Positions 17,097-28,051 are shown, counted from the stretch's first letter. The stretch: 64,000 nt of DNA from Ignavibacteriota bacterium (GCA_016218085.1 JACREY010000017.1:86187-150186); one strand, 5' to 3'. Notes: generated by a model not told the origin, from the letters alone. A program made the numbers and translations.

Positions 17097-18110
17097 ATGG
17101 CTATTAATAATATCCTGGTAGTAAGGCAGCACAACCAGATCGGCGATATGCTCTGTTCGCTGCCGCTTTTTGCCGCGTTAAAGAAGAAATATCCCCAAGC
17201 AAAAATAACACTGGTAGCTTCTGTCACTAATTACTCAATTGTTTTCGGCGATGTGAACCCCTTTATTAATGATGTTCTGATTTTCAACAAGTCCACGCTG
17301 CTGCACATTTTCAGGTTTTTCGGTAAACTACGGAAGACAAAATTCGATCTGGGCATTGTGCCTTCCACGGTTTCAATATCCCGTACTTCGCATTTTATAA
17401 ATTATTTCTCAAAAGCTAAGGTCCGTGCAGGTGTAAAAAGCATGAACGGAAAACAGAACAAAACCGGTTTTCTGCTTAATATAAAATCCGATTTTTACTG
17501 GGATAAATTAAAGATGCATCAGACCGAAAGAAATCTTGATATTGTAAGGCAGATCGGCTGCGACCTTACACAGGATGATAAAAATAAACTTAGACTGGGA
17601 TTATCGCAGAAGGAGACGGAATTCGCTGAAGAATTTTTCAAAAATAACTGTCCAGATAAAAACAGAAAGAGAATTGCATTCCAGCCGGGTGCGGGAAAAA
17701 TCCCGAACAGATGGAACATAAATAACTTTGCGGAATTAATGGAAAGGTTACAGAAAAGGTACAATCCTTACATAATAATCAATTCCGGACCGATTGATAA
17801 AGACGTAACAGATATTCTTTTACCTGAGCTAGGCAAGCTCGGAATCGAGCCGATTATAATTTACTACCCGATACGGGAAACCGGCGCCATACTCGCAAAG
17901 TCTGATATACTTATTTCAAACGATACAGGAACTATGCACGTCGCCGCAATGGTGAATATAAAAGTAATCGGTCTTTTCGGCCCGACCGAGTCTTACGAAT
18001 GGGCACCTGTAAACGAGCATGGGGCGTGCATACAATCAAAATCAAAAAATATTGATGATATTACAGTAGAAGAAGTTTTTGACAAAGCAATCGAAATGAC
18101 AGAAAGATAA
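17097..18110 (+). CDS. Glycosyltransferase family 9 (LPS heptosyltransferase-like)
   Basis: ILVVRQHNQIGDMLCSLPLFAALKKKYP..ITLV at the N-terminus, and ..NDTGTMHVAA.. near the C-terminus. The ATG at 17097 is preferred over the TTG at 16995 in the track. Confidence 0.8.
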   Translation: MAINNILVVRQHNQIGDMLCSLPLFAALKKKYPQAKITLVASVTNYSIVFGDVNPFINDVLIFNKSTLLHIFRFFGKLRKTKFDLGIVPSTVSISRTSHFINYFSKAKVRAGVKSMNGKQNKTGFLLNIKSDFYWDKLKMHQTERNLDIVRQIGCDLTQDDKNKLRLGLSQKETEFAEEFFKNNCPDKNRKRIAFQPGAGKIPNRWNINNFAELMERLQKRYNPYIIINSGPIDKDVTDILLPELGKLGIEPIIIYYPIRETGAILAKSDILISNDTGTMHVAAMVNIKVIGLFGPTESYEWAPVNEHGACIQSKSKNIDDITVEEVFDKAIEMTER

Positions 18111-19672
18111 TGCCCTGGCAGAATAAAATATTAGCCGCAATCGACATTGGAACAAATTCGTTCCACCTAGTAGTTGCAAAGGTGGATGACAAGGGTATAA
18201 TGAAGGTGCTGACTCGCGATAAGGAAGTTGTACGTCTCGGAAAAAGTTCGACCGATATGAAATACATTTCCGAGCAGGCAATGCAGCGCGGCATTTCCAC
18301 ATTAAAAAGATTCAGGCTCATCTGCGATTCATTCAGGGCGGAAATCAGGGCAGTTGCTACAAGCGCAACCAGGGAAGCTTTAAATAAAGAAGAATTTATT
18401 ACGCGCGTTTTCGAAGCAACAGAAATCAGGATTGAAGTTGTATCGGGATTTGAAGAGGCAAGGTTGATTTATCTCGGAGTTTTACAGGCGCTTCCGGTTT
18501 ACAAAGAAAAAATCCTGTTAATCGACATAGGCGGCGGAAGCACTGAATTTCTAATAGGTGAAAAAGGGAATGTGCTTTATGCAAACAGTATAAAAGTAGG
18601 CGCTGTAAGACTTACAGAAAAATATTTTTCCGAAGGGAAATTCAGGAAAGAAAATATAGATGAAGCAAGACTTCACGTAAAAAGCATAATAAACCATATT
18701 GTAAGAGATTTAAAAGATGCCGGATTTTCGGCGGTAATAGGTACTTCGGGAACAATAACAAATGCGGGAATGATAATAAATGCGGAAAGAAACCCGGAAA
18801 CAGATGCAAATTACAATTACAATAATTTCACCTATGACAGAAAATCTCTTAATTCTGCTGTAAAAAAAATCACTTCCTGCGAAAGGATATCTGAACTGAA
18901 GTCAATAAACGGTATGGATGCTGACAGGACGGATATTATAACAGCGGGTGCCGTGATACTGGAGCAGATTTTTTCAGAGTTAAATCTGGAAAAAATTACA
19001 CTTTCGAATTATGCACTGAGAGAGGGAATAATTTTCGATACAATAAACAAAGAGCACAATACACTATTAAAAGAAGACCTCGGCGATATCAGGTACAGAA
19101 GCATTATAAGCCTGGCGGAAAACTGCAAATACGATAAACCGCATTCAGAGCATGTCACAAAATTAGCTCTGAAAATATTCGGTCAGATAAAAGAACAATA
19201 CAAACTTACCGAAAAAGATATAGAATACCTCGAAGCCGCATCAATTCTTCACGACATCGGGCATAACCTTTCCCACGCCCAGCATCACAAGCATTCATAT
19301 TATTTAATCAGGAATTGTGAACTACTCGGATTCAACGACGAGGAAATTGAAATTATCGCAAACATTTCCCGCTATCACCGGAAATCACATCCGAAACTTA
19401 AGCACGATAATTTCAGTAAACTTAGTCCGAAGAACAAAGAAAGAGTAAGAAAACTCGCCGGGATACTCAGAATAGCAGACGGATTTGACAGAGGACATAA
19501 TTGTATTATTCGGGATGTTGAAATCGAATTGACTGACGCCGGATTTGAATTCCGTGTTTCCGTAAATGCCGGCACAAATCCCGAACTCGAAATCTGGGGA
19601 GCAAACATGCGCAAAACCCTTTTCGAAGAAGCATTCGGGAAAAAGGTGATAATTTTGCAAGTCGGGGATTAA
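18110..19672 (+). CDS. Ppx/GppA-family exopolyphosphatase with a C-terminal HD domain
   Basis: AAIDIGTNSFHLVV, DIGGGSTEF, and ILHDIGH...HHKHS.Y in the HD region. The start overlaps the upstream stop. Confidence 0.85.
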   Translation: MPWQNKILAAIDIGTNSFHLVVAKVDDKGIMKVLTRDKEVVRLGKSSTDMKYISEQAMQRGISTLKRFRLICDSFRAEIRAVATSATREALNKEEFITRVFEATEIRIEVVSGFEEARLIYLGVLQALPVYKEKILLIDIGGGSTEFLIGEKGNVLYANSIKVGAVRLTEKYFSEGKFRKENIDEARLHVKSIINHIVRDLKDAGFSAVIGTSGTITNAGMIINAERNPETDANYNYNNFTYDRKSLNSAVKKITSCERISELKSINGMDADRTDIITAGAVILEQIFSELNLEKITLSNYALREGIIFDTINKEHNTLLKEDLGDIRYRSIISLAENCKYDKPHSEHVTKLALKIFGQIKEQYKLTEKDIEYLEAASILHDIGHNLSHAQHHKHSYYLIRNCELLGFNDEEIEIIANISRYHRKSHPKLKHDNFSKLSPKNKERVRKLAGILRIADGFDRGHNCIIRDVEIELTDAGFEFRVSVNAGTNPELEIWGANMRKTLFEEAFGKKVIILQVGD

Positions 19673-19740
19673 TTTTTTTCTTTTTCCCTTTCACCTTCGT
19701 TTTTTTCCTCTTAATTTATTTTCATAAAATTATTTAAAAT

Positions 19741-20886
19741 ATGAAAATCGGAATTACTTGTTATCCCACATACGGTGGAAGCGGCGTAGTTGCAACGGAA
19801 CTCGGCAAAATACTTGCTCAGAAAGGTCACGAAGTACATTTTATTTCATACGCTATGCCCTCACGCCTGAATGCATTTGTGGAAAATATTTTTTATCACG
19901 AAGTAGAAATAAATAATTACCCGCTTTTCGATTTTCCGCTGTACAGCATTGCACTTGCAAGCAAGATGGTGGAGGTTGCAAAGTTTCACGACATAGAGCT
20001 GATTCACGCACATTATGCAATACCCCACGCTACCAGCGCTTTCCTCGCAAGGGAAATTCTTAAACTTGAAAATAAATCAAATAAAGACATTAAGGTTATC
20101 ACTACTTTGCACGGAACGGATATAACACTGGTCGGGCTGGAGCCGAGTTTCCTGCCGACAATGAAATTCAGCATAGAAAAATCAGACGGTGTAACTGCCG
20201 TATCACAATTTTTAAAAGATAAAACTTTATCTAATTATAAAATCAACAAAGATATCGAAGTCATTCCGAACTTCATCGACACGAAGAAATACAGAAGACT
20301 TAATAAAGATGAAAACTGCACCTGCTCCAAAACTCTTGCCCCGAATATGGAAAAAATTCTTGTACACACTTCAAACTTCAGACCTGTTAAAAGAGTGAAA
20401 GACGTAATTCAGATTTTTGCAAAAGTAAAAGAGAAAATACCGGCGAGATTAATTTTAATCGGTGATGGTCCCGAAAGAAGTGACTGCGAAAGACTTTGCC
20501 GCGAACTAAACATTCAGGACAGTGTCCGCTTTATGGGCAAGCAGGATTCCATAATAGAACTTCTCTCAATTGCGGATTTATTTTTAATCCCTTCCCAGAC
20601 AGAAAGTTTCGGACTTGCCGCACTGGAAGCAATGAGCTGCGAGGTGCCTGTTATATCCACAAGTGTCGGAGGATTGCCTGAATTAAACCTTCACGGCGAA
20701 ACCGGATACATTGCAGAAATCGGCGATATTGACAGAATGGCAAAATATGCAATTGAGCTTCTTTCAAACCAGAAGAAATATTCCATCTTCAGCAAAAACG
20801 CAAGAGAGCGCGCAAAGGAATTCGAAGAAGATAAAATTGTAACTATCTACGAAGATTACTATAAAAAGATTCTGAACGGAAATTAA
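19741..20886 (+). CDS. bshA: N-acetyl-alpha-D-glucosaminyl L-malate synthase-type GT4 glycosyltransferase (bacillithiol pathway)
   Basis: MKIGITCYPTYGGSGVVATELGKILAQKGHEVHFISY is the characteristic BshA N-terminus. The GT4 C-terminal motif E.FGLAALEAMSC..PVI is also present. Confidence 0.75.
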   Translation: MKIGITCYPTYGGSGVVATELGKILAQKGHEVHFISYAMPSRLNAFVENIFYHEVEINNYPLFDFPLYSIALASKMVEVAKFHDIELIHAHYAIPHATSAFLAREILKLENKSNKDIKVITTLHGTDITLVGLEPSFLPTMKFSIEKSDGVTAVSQFLKDKTLSNYKINKDIEVIPNFIDTKKYRRLNKDENCTCSKTLAPNMEKILVHTSNFRPVKRVKDVIQIFAKVKEKIPARLILIGDGPERSDCERLCRELNIQDSVRFMGKQDSIIELLSIADLFLIPSQTESFGLAALEAMSCEVPVISTSVGGLPELNLHGETGYIAEIGDIDRMAKYAIELLSNQKKYSIFSKNARERAKEFEEDKIVTIYEDYYKKILNGN

Positions 20887-22320
20887 CTATCTCCTGAAAG
20901 GCTTGTCTTTTCTGAGGTAAAATCCCGGAAGTGTTAATGTTACAGTGCTAATTTTTGGTTCGGGCACATATTGTCCCTTTGGTTTCTTATCAATTCTAAC
21001 TTTATCGACTTTCTGCGCGCTGTCAAATGTAATTATCATATTCATTCCTTCTGATATATTGACTCCGTTGGCTTTCCTGTCTTCATACATAAAATAAATG
21101 CTGTTGGAATTTTTATTTACTTCGATATAATTAACCTTATCATCCAGAAAATGTATATTAATATCTTTCCCTGTAACCTGGTCGAACCTGTCGGCAAATA
21201 CAGAATCCTTGTTCTGAATAATCATAAAAGAAAAATCAGAATTGGCAAGCCCGTCTATTTTTTTTGCGTAAATTGTACGAAGTTTTTTATCTTTCAAATC
21301 TGCATAAATCGTATCGCCCGTAAGCTGAATGTTATCCTGCCAGATAATCGGCTCAATATAAAAAGACATTTTATCCAAACCTTTTTCAGCAGTCTTGGAA
21401 TACACCGCTAGACCGCTTTTAGAATAAAACTTATCCCTTATAACATCCACGCTGTCTTTTGCCACATAATACTCGGGTGCATTTCTGTATGACTCCATTA
21501 TCCTGCAATATATAAACATTGTATCTTTTTCCTTTTCCACCTGAACAAGCTTAGCATTACCTCTGATAAAAGTGTATTTGGTGTTTTCATAATTTTCGAG
21601 ATAGTCGCCGTAAACATTTACATTGTTCCTCATATTGTTCAGTCTTACATTACCGGATGCTATCGATTTTTTTTCATTAGAATAATCCGTCAGGGTATCA
21701 GAAAAAATCACGGAAGAGTCCTGTTCAATGCTGACATCTTTAAGTGCATAAGTCTTGCCCTGTCTTTTGTAAAAATCAATATTCTCGGCTTTGATAACAG
21801 TCGAATCCCTGATTACCACTACATTTCCTTTGGCATAGGAATCCTCCGAATTTCGCATGTATGTAAGATGATCTGAAGTAATCCTGTATGCAGGATTAAT
21901 AATAATCACATCTTTATCGAAAACTGCTTTTGATTCATTGAAGAAATATATTCCGTGATTTGCCCTTAAAGTTGCATTCGGGTCTTTCAGCGTAACTCCG
22001 CCTTCGCAGATAGCCTTGCTGTCATTTCCATAATAAGTTGCTTTTGGAGTGAAGAGTGCAAGTGTGTCCTGAAAAATTTTTACGTCACCGATAAGTTCAA
22101 CCCTATTAGCATCGATATACTGGTATGCTTTATTACAGTAAACTTTTATATTGCCGTGTACAAAATGAACATTGCCTATTGCCTCCCTGATTGTCTGCCC
22201 GTTTTCAGTCCTGCCTGTAAGCTTGTCGCTGTACTTAAGCTCTATCTTATCCTGTGCAAAAATACATCCGATTGATAAGATAAAAAAAACAAGAAATAAT
22301 ATATAAGTATTTTTTTTCAA
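20887..22320 (-). CDS. OstA/LptA-like repeat protein (LPS transport-associated)
   Basis: Signal peptide, repeated OstA-like beta-jellyroll segments (..GNV.....I.A), and a position directly downstream of the lptC-like and kdsD genes. Confidence 0.6.
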   Translation of the reverse strand: MKKNTYILFLVFFILSIGCIFAQDKIELKYSDKLTGRTENGQTIREAIGNVHFVHGNIKVYCNKAYQYIDANRVELIGDVKIFQDTLALFTPKATYYGNDSKAICEGGVTLKDPNATLRANHGIYFFNESKAVFDKDVIIINPAYRITSDHLTYMRNSEDSYAKGNVVVIRDSTVIKAENIDFYKRQGKTYALKDVSIEQDSSVIFSDTLTDYSNEKKSIASGNVRLNNMRNNVNVYGDYLENYENTKYTFIRGNAKLVQVEKEKDTMFIYCRIMESYRNAPEYYVAKDSVDVIRDKFYSKSGLAVYSKTAEKGLDKMSFYIEPIIWQDNIQLTGDTIYADLKDKKLRTIYAKKIDGLANSDFSFMIIQNKDSVFADRFDQVTGKDINIHFLDDKVNYIEVNKNSNSIYFMYEDRKANGVNISEGMNMIITFDSAQKVDKVRIDKKPKGQYVPEPKISTVTLTLPGFYLRKDKPFRR

Positions 22321-22369
22321 TTAAAATTTATTGACCATTTACGATTGACGCTCTTCTACTGTCTACTGA

Positions 22370-22891
22370 CTACTTTGTAAAAACTCCTGTCACTTTATAA
22401 ATCGTATAATTCTTGAGATTCTGGTCGGACTCAAACCCGATTCCTTCAATATCCTCTTTTGGAGTAGTGATTTTAACGTACACATCGGAAGAAACTTTCT
22501 GAAGCTTATTATTCCAGTAAAGTTTGGAAGTTCTCAGAACGCTTCCTTCCTTATTAACAACAACAACACTGTCATACATTTCTATATCCTTTGTGGCATC
22601 CAGCACCTTCCCTCTTTTTCCGGTAAGAGTCGAAACTTTTTCGCCTGCTTTGTAAAAATCCACTACTGCTCCGCTATCTATCAGTGTGTAAGCTTTTGAA
22701 TTATAAACCGAAATATGACCGGCATTCAGAATCGCTTTCACATTTCCCGAATCGGAGAATGCAACAGAAGATTTCCAGCTTTCCTGGTCGGGTATTTCAC
22801 CGGATTTAAGGTCTGTGCGGGGCGGCTCCACTTTGCTCTCGCAAGCAGAAAAAATCACGAATAATAGAAATATTACTGATATGTTTTTCAT
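22370..22891 (-). CDS. lptC: LptC-like LPS export protein
   Basis: ~173 aa, an N-terminal anchor, and the pattern of small LptC proteins. Gene context is KdsD - LptC - OstA-like. ATG at 22891 preferred. Confidence 0.6.
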   Translation of the reverse strand: MKNISVIFLLFVIFSACESKVEPPRTDLKSGEIPDQESWKSSVAFSDSGNVKAILNAGHISVYNSKAYTLIDSGAVVDFYKAGEKVSTLTGKRGKVLDATKDIEMYDSVVVVNKEGSVLRTSKLYWNNKLQKVSSDVYVKITTPKEDIEGIGFESDQNLKNYTIYKVTGVFTK

Positions 22892-22963
22892 ATCATTTAC
22901 TATATTAATAAAAAATAACATTTGCTCTTATCATAAAATCAGTGAAATCAACGTAATCAGTGA

Positions 22964-23938
22964 TTATAATCCCAACTCCACCAGAGAGTGAATATGCACA
23001 ATCCCCACAAGTTTATTTTTAGAGTTGCAGATTATTAGCTGTGTAACCTTATTCTTCTCCATCAGTCCAAGCGCGTTTTTTGCCAATGTGCTTTCAAAAA
23101 TTGTTTTCGGATTTTTACACATAATATCTTTTGCGGTGATTTTATTAATATCAAAATCCTTCTGAAGCAGTCTTCTAATGTCGCCATCGGTAATGATACC
23201 AGCAATTTTATTCTTATTCAATACTACTGTGCATCCGAGTCTTTTGGAGGAAATCATGTAAATAACATCTTTAAGCCCTGTATTCATAGAGACAACGGGA
23301 ATGTCTTTTTCCCTGACCATTATATCTTTAATCTTGAGAAGAAGTTTCCTGCCGAGTATTCCGCCCGGATGTACTGCGGCGAAATCTTCCTTTGTAAATC
23401 CCCTCTTTTCCAGAAGAGCGATTGCAATTGCATCGCCAAGAACCAGCGCCGCAGTGCTGGATGATGTTGGGGCAAGATTCAGCGGACACGCTTCTTCCTT
23501 AACAGATGCATTAAGAACAATGTCGGCTGTTTCGGAAAGCTGGGAATCTAAATTTCCTGTAATCAGAATAATTTTAACACCGAGATTTTTCAGAACCGGC
23601 ATAAGCCTCATTACTTCAACCGTTCCGCCGCTTTTTGAAATCAGTATAACGACATCATCTTCCCTCACGACACCAAGGTCACCGTGAATACTGTCTGCAG
23701 AATGCAGGAAAATAGCATTCGTACCTGTGGAATTAAATGTAGCAACGATTTTCTGCGCAATTATACCGGATTTTCCCATTCCCGATATCACAACCTTGCC
23801 TTTGCATTTATATATTTCCTCAACAGCCCTTGCAAAATTGATTCTGAAGCTGTTTTCACTGAAGCGTTTTTCAAGTTCGAATACGGCATTCTTCTCTTTT
23901 TTTACAACAAGCCTGCCGTCTTTAATTATTTTATTCAT
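22964..23938 (-). CDS. kdsD: Arabinose-5-phosphate isomerase (SIS + tandem CBS domains)
   Basis: GKVVISGMGKSG.IA.K...T..STG, followed by two CBS-like repeats at the C-terminus. ATG at 23938 preferred over the TTG at 23956. Confidence 0.85.
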   Translation of the reverse strand: MNKIIKDGRLVVKKEKNAVFELEKRFSENSFRINFARAVEEIYKCKGKVVISGMGKSGIIAQKIVATFNSTGTNAIFLHSADSIHGDLGVVREDDVVILISKSGGTVEVMRLMPVLKNLGVKIILITGNLDSQLSETADIVLNASVKEEACPLNLAPTSSSTAALVLGDAIAIALLEKRGFTKEDFAAVHPGGILGRKLLLKIKDIMVREKDIPVVSMNTGLKDVIYMISSKRLGCTVVLNKNKIAGIITDGDIRRLLQKDFDINKITAKDIMCKNPKTIFESTLAKNALGLMEKNKVTQLIICNSKNKLVGIVHIHSLVELGL

Positions 23939-24140
23939 AATGTAAAATTTATGCAATTTAAATAATCATTACAATTGTATTCAGCGGTTGCAAAATTATT
24001 AATTTGAAAATATCGTTTATATTAGTTACAATTGTACCGGGATAAGGGAATAGGAAAATTTATTTTTTAGAACTATTCTTTGAATTAAATAAATATTCAG
24101 AAGGATATTTAGTTTTATAAATTTTACCTTAATAAAAAAA

Positions 24141-25877
24141 ATGAAAAACTTCTTTTACATCTTCATCTTAATTTCTTTCTTTTCCGTCAATGCCTATTCG
24201 CAGATAAACTGGACACAACAGGTTAGCGGCACTTATGAAAACCTTAACGGGGTCTTCATAGTAAACTCAAACGTCGGATATGCAGTCGGTAATAACGGAG
24301 CAGTGCTGAAAACGACAAACGGCGGAACAACCTGGATCGCAAAGAGCTTTCCAACAAGCAGCAACAATCTCAGCGTATATTTCCAGAATGAGAATACGGG
24401 ATTTGTCGGAAACCAGAATGCAAATATCTATAAAACAATAGACGGCGGTAACAACTGGGAAGTGAACGGCTCGGCGAATGTTTATGCAATTACATCAGTG
24501 CAATTGACTTCCGCACTTACGGGTTACTGCGGAGACCACTATGCGAATATTCAAAAATCCACGGATAACGGCCAAACCTGGTGGACACTTACAACAACAC
24601 CGGGATATGACGCTAAGATTTTTTTCCTGAACGACGGACGCGGATGGAGCGTGGATACATACGGTTATATTTACCGGACTTCCAACGAAGGATTGAACTG
24701 GAGCGGAGTGAGGATATCAACTGATACGCTTTCATCGGTACACTTTTACACATCCACAATCGGATATGCGGCAGGTGACAGCGGAAGGGTATTTAAAACC
24801 ACAAACGGCGGTGTTAACTGGACACTGCTGAATACAGGAACAATCAGCAAGCTGAACAGCATATACGCGCAGAGTCTGAACAGTGTCTATGCTTGCGGTA
24901 ATGCCGGAACTTTCCTGTATTCGACTGACGGAGGCACAAGCTGGACAGTAACTTCGCAGGGTACACAGAATCTTAAAAATATGAATTTTATACCGAATAC
25001 AATTATTGGGAATATGGTTGGAAACCTTGGTGTAATATACAGGACCAGCATACAGGGATTTGGCTGTGTTGGAAACGGAACAACTTCTGTAAGCTATCCA
25101 TTCTTTACATATTGGATGGATTCAAGAACCGATATGCTCTTTCTTGCAAACGAATTGAGTTCATACGGAGTGATTCCGGGACCGATTACCGGGCTCGGCT
25201 TTTATTTCACTACTGCCGACACTTTGACAATGAACGGATTCAATATTAAAATCCAGCATACAGCGCTTAATACTTTGACGGGATTTACGAGCACCGGCTG
25301 GACTACAGCATACAGCGGAGCGTATAAAGTACCGGGAACGGGAATGCGCTATATATATCTTCAGCCTCCGTATTTTATCTGGAACGGAACCAGCAACCTG
25401 CTTATTGAAATCTGTTTCAATAACAGTGTTTATACAAACAGCTCTAATGTTTATTCAACGTCTGCTCTGAATATGACATTCCACAACCATACTGACTTGC
25501 CATCGGGAGACGGCTGTACGGGAATTACAACCGGAGCACTGCAGGCAACAAGGCCAAATATATGCTTCTCGCAGATTATATCAAGTGCAGGAAACAATAA
25601 TAAGCTTGTGCCGGATAAATATTATTTATCACAGAATTATCCTAATCCATTTAACCCGGTTACTAAAATTAAATACGGTCTGCCGAAAAATTCATTTGTC
25701 AGTCTGAAAATCTACGACATTCTCGGACGCGAAATCAGGACGCTTGTAAATAGCGAGATGAATGCAGGGGAATACATAGTTGACTTCAACGGCTCAGATC
25801 TCACAAGCGGGACATATTTCTACAGGATAGAAACGGGAAGCTTTAACGAAACGAAGAAGCTTGTATTGCTTAAATAA
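24141..25877 (+). CDS. T9SS-secreted BNR/Ycf48-like beta-propeller protein with an additional central domain
   Basis: Signal peptide, repeated ..KTTNGG.TW.. blades, and a C-terminal T9SS sorting domain (SQNYPNPFNPVTKIKY..LKIYDILGREI..GTYFYRI). Confidence 0.8.
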   Translation: MKNFFYIFILISFFSVNAYSQINWTQQVSGTYENLNGVFIVNSNVGYAVGNNGAVLKTTNGGTTWIAKSFPTSSNNLSVYFQNENTGFVGNQNANIYKTIDGGNNWEVNGSANVYAITSVQLTSALTGYCGDHYANIQKSTDNGQTWWTLTTTPGYDAKIFFLNDGRGWSVDTYGYIYRTSNEGLNWSGVRISTDTLSSVHFYTSTIGYAAGDSGRVFKTTNGGVNWTLLNTGTISKLNSIYAQSLNSVYACGNAGTFLYSTDGGTSWTVTSQGTQNLKNMNFIPNTIIGNMVGNLGVIYRTSIQGFGCVGNGTTSVSYPFFTYWMDSRTDMLFLANELSSYGVIPGPITGLGFYFTTADTLTMNGFNIKIQHTALNTLTGFTSTGWTTAYSGAYKVPGTGMRYIYLQPPYFIWNGTSNLLIEICFNNSVYTNSSNVYSTSALNMTFHNHTDLPSGDGCTGITTGALQATRPNICFSQIISSAGNNNKLVPDKYYLSQNYPNPFNPVTKIKYGLPKNSFVSLKIYDILGREIRTLVNSEMNAGEYIVDFNGSDLTSGTYFYRIETGSFNETKKLVLLK

Positions 25878-25884
25878 TTTTTCT

Positions 25885-25917
25885 AAAGGAGTCTCCCGTA
25901 AAACAGGAGACTCCTTT
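25885..25917. terminator. Bidirectional rho-independent terminator between convergent T9SS cargo genes
   Basis: AAA-GGAGTCTCC-cgtaaaaca-GGAGACTCC-TTTT: a perfect 9-bp GC-rich stem flanked by an A-run and a T-run. Confidence 0.8.
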
Positions 25918-25929
25918 TATTTCTACATT

Positions 25930-27003
25930 TTATTTTAACACAATCAGTTTTTTTATCTGAAAAAAACCGGAAGAAGAAAGTTTATAGAAATATACCCCTG
26001 ACGAAAGATTGTCCGCATCAAATAATATCTGATACTCACCCGCTTTTAAATTTTGATTTACAGGTTCGGATATTTCCCTTCCGTTTATATCGTATATCTT
26101 CAGACTTGTGTATCCCGGATTTTTAATGCTGAACTTAATTATTGTAGAGGAATTGAACGGATTCGGATAATTCTGATGCAATGCATATTTATCGGGAATG
26201 ATTTCCGAAATGCGGCTGATTCCGTAATGAGTTTCATAATAAATGGAAGCATTGAAAATCTCATTCACGAATTGCGGCGCCACGAGCTGAGTGGCAGCGG
26301 CATTAGGGTGGCTGTCGTCCGCCCCGGTTGCATAAGAAAGCGGAAGCATATAATTTGAGCCGACAAGTTTATGGAAGAAATCGAAGACATAAACATTTGC
26401 AGGAAATGAGCCTGTAACGGGGTCAAGACCGTTTGCAAGCGTGTCTTTTGCCCATTTGCAGAAGCAGTGCGCCCAGTAAGCCTCCTGAGTGTTTGTCTGG
26501 TTTGCGACAAGCGGAGCATTAGTCCAGATTGCAAAGAAATTCTGCGGATGAGCTCTCATCACTTTAATAATATGCCTCCAGTGCCATTTGTAATTCAAGA
26601 CAGTTTTGTAATCAGGATACAAAGTATCTGATGGGTCTCCGTATGCTTCTACATTGGATGAAGGAAAACAGGACTTTACAACCATAACCCTATTGGCAGA
26701 ATAGTAGGGCTGTATGTTTGCAGTATCCTGGTTTTCGAATATCCTGTGCCACCTGCACCATTCATTGTCATCCTCCGGCGGAAACCATAATTCATTCAAA
26801 GTAACCGCATTTGTTCCCGTGTATCCGTGCACGCTGTTGTATAATGTCATTTGCGCGGGAATGCTTGTAGAGCTTCCGTTAGGTCCCCAGATGCAAAGAC
26901 CGGTCGAGTGATGGAAAAATGTGCCGCTGCGGAATTTCAGCTGGCTAAAAGATAAATTACAGAAAAGCAGTAAAATCAGAAAAAGGAAAATTGTTTTTTT
27001 CAT
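25930..27003 (-). CDS. T9SS-secreted protein with an unrecognised ~270-aa N-terminal domain
   Basis: Signal peptide and a C-terminal T9SS domain (HQNYPNPFNSSTIIKF..LKIYDINGREI..GVYFYKL). I could not assign the N-terminal domain to any family. Confidence 0.7.
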   Translation of the reverse strand: MKKTIFLFLILLLFCNLSFSQLKFRSGTFFHHSTGLCIWGPNGSSTSIPAQMTLYNSVHGYTGTNAVTLNELWFPPEDDNEWCRWHRIFENQDTANIQPYYSANRVMVVKSCFPSSNVEAYGDPSDTLYPDYKTVLNYKWHWRHIIKVMRAHPQNFFAIWTNAPLVANQTNTQEAYWAHCFCKWAKDTLANGLDPVTGSFPANVYVFDFFHKLVGSNYMLPLSYATGADDSHPNAAATQLVAPQFVNEIFNASIYYETHYGISRISEIIPDKYALHQNYPNPFNSSTIIKFSIKNPGYTSLKIYDINGREISEPVNQNLKAGEYQILFDADNLSSGVYFYKLSSSGFFQIKKLIVLK

Positions 27004-27302
27004 TTTAATTATATTTTAAATTAAAAAAACTCTGTTGGTTCCTTTTATTATTTTAAATATTTTCTGCCTTACTGATATTTCCCGGCTATTCGTTTCAGCA
27101 GGAGTCGAAGGGATAAAATAATTTCGGCTAATCTTTATTAAACCGGGAAGCCTGTTTCCCATATAATTATTTATTTTACCGAAAATATCAAGTAATAAAT
27201 TCAGTATAAATATGCAATTTATTGTTTTTTTAACCGAAACAACTTTTCTTTTTTAGCGTAAACAAATTAGCAGGGAAACAATTCAAAATCATTATCAATA
27301 AA

Positions 27303-28025
27303 TTGAATATCTTAATAGCAGGAGCAAGCGGAGCCACGGGAAAACTGCTCGTGGAGCAGTTAATAAATTCAGGACACAGGGTAAAAGCAATCGTCAGACC
27401 TTCGGGCAAAATCCCTTCGGGCTGGAGCGTAAATGAAAATATAGAAATAATCAGGGCAAACATTTCTGAAATGAGTTTAAAAGAAATGTCGGAACACCTG
27501 ACAGATTGCGATGCCGCCGCATCCTGCCTCGGACATAATATCACTCTGAAAGGACTTTTTGGAAAACCGAGAAAACTCTGCACTGATGCGGTAAGACTTA
27601 TTTGCGAAGCAATTAACAGAAATGTACCTGAAAATCCCATAAAGTTCGTGTTGATGAATACCGTCGCAAACAGGAACAGGAATTTGGACGAAAAAGAATC
27701 CATTCCGCAAAAGCTTGCAATCGGATTAATCAGACTCCTCGTGCCTCCGCAATCGGACAATGAGCAGGCGGCTGAATATCTAAGAGTAAACATCGGGCAA
27801 AATCATACATACATTCAATGGGCGGCAGTCCGTCCTGATGCCTTAACGAACGAAGAAAAAGTGACGGAATACACAATTCACGAATCCCCCACACGTAGCG
27901 GGGTTTTCAATCCAGGCAAAACCAGCCGCATAAACACTGCTAATTTTATAGCAAGACTGATTACAGAAGATGGCTTATGGAACAAATGGAGAGGGAAAAT
28001 GCCGGTAGTGTATAACAAGAATTAA
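27303..28025 (+). CDS. NAD(P)H-binding Rossmann-fold protein (atypical SDR / NmrA-like)
   Basis: N-terminal ILIAGASGATGKLLVEQLINSGHRVKAIVR. TTG start. The antisense ORF 27230..27793 is judged spurious. Confidence 0.75.
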   Translation: MNILIAGASGATGKLLVEQLINSGHRVKAIVRPSGKIPSGWSVNENIEIIRANISEMSLKEMSEHLTDCDAAASCLGHNITLKGLFGKPRKLCTDAVRLICEAINRNVPENPIKFVLMNTVANRNRNLDEKESIPQKLAIGLIRLLVPPQSDNEQAAEYLRVNIGQNHTYIQWAAVRPDALTNEEKVTEYTIHESPTRSGVFNPGKTSRINTANFIARLITEDGLWNKWRGKMPVVYNKN

Positions 28026-28051
28026 GAATTCAGAATTAATTTCTACCCGAC

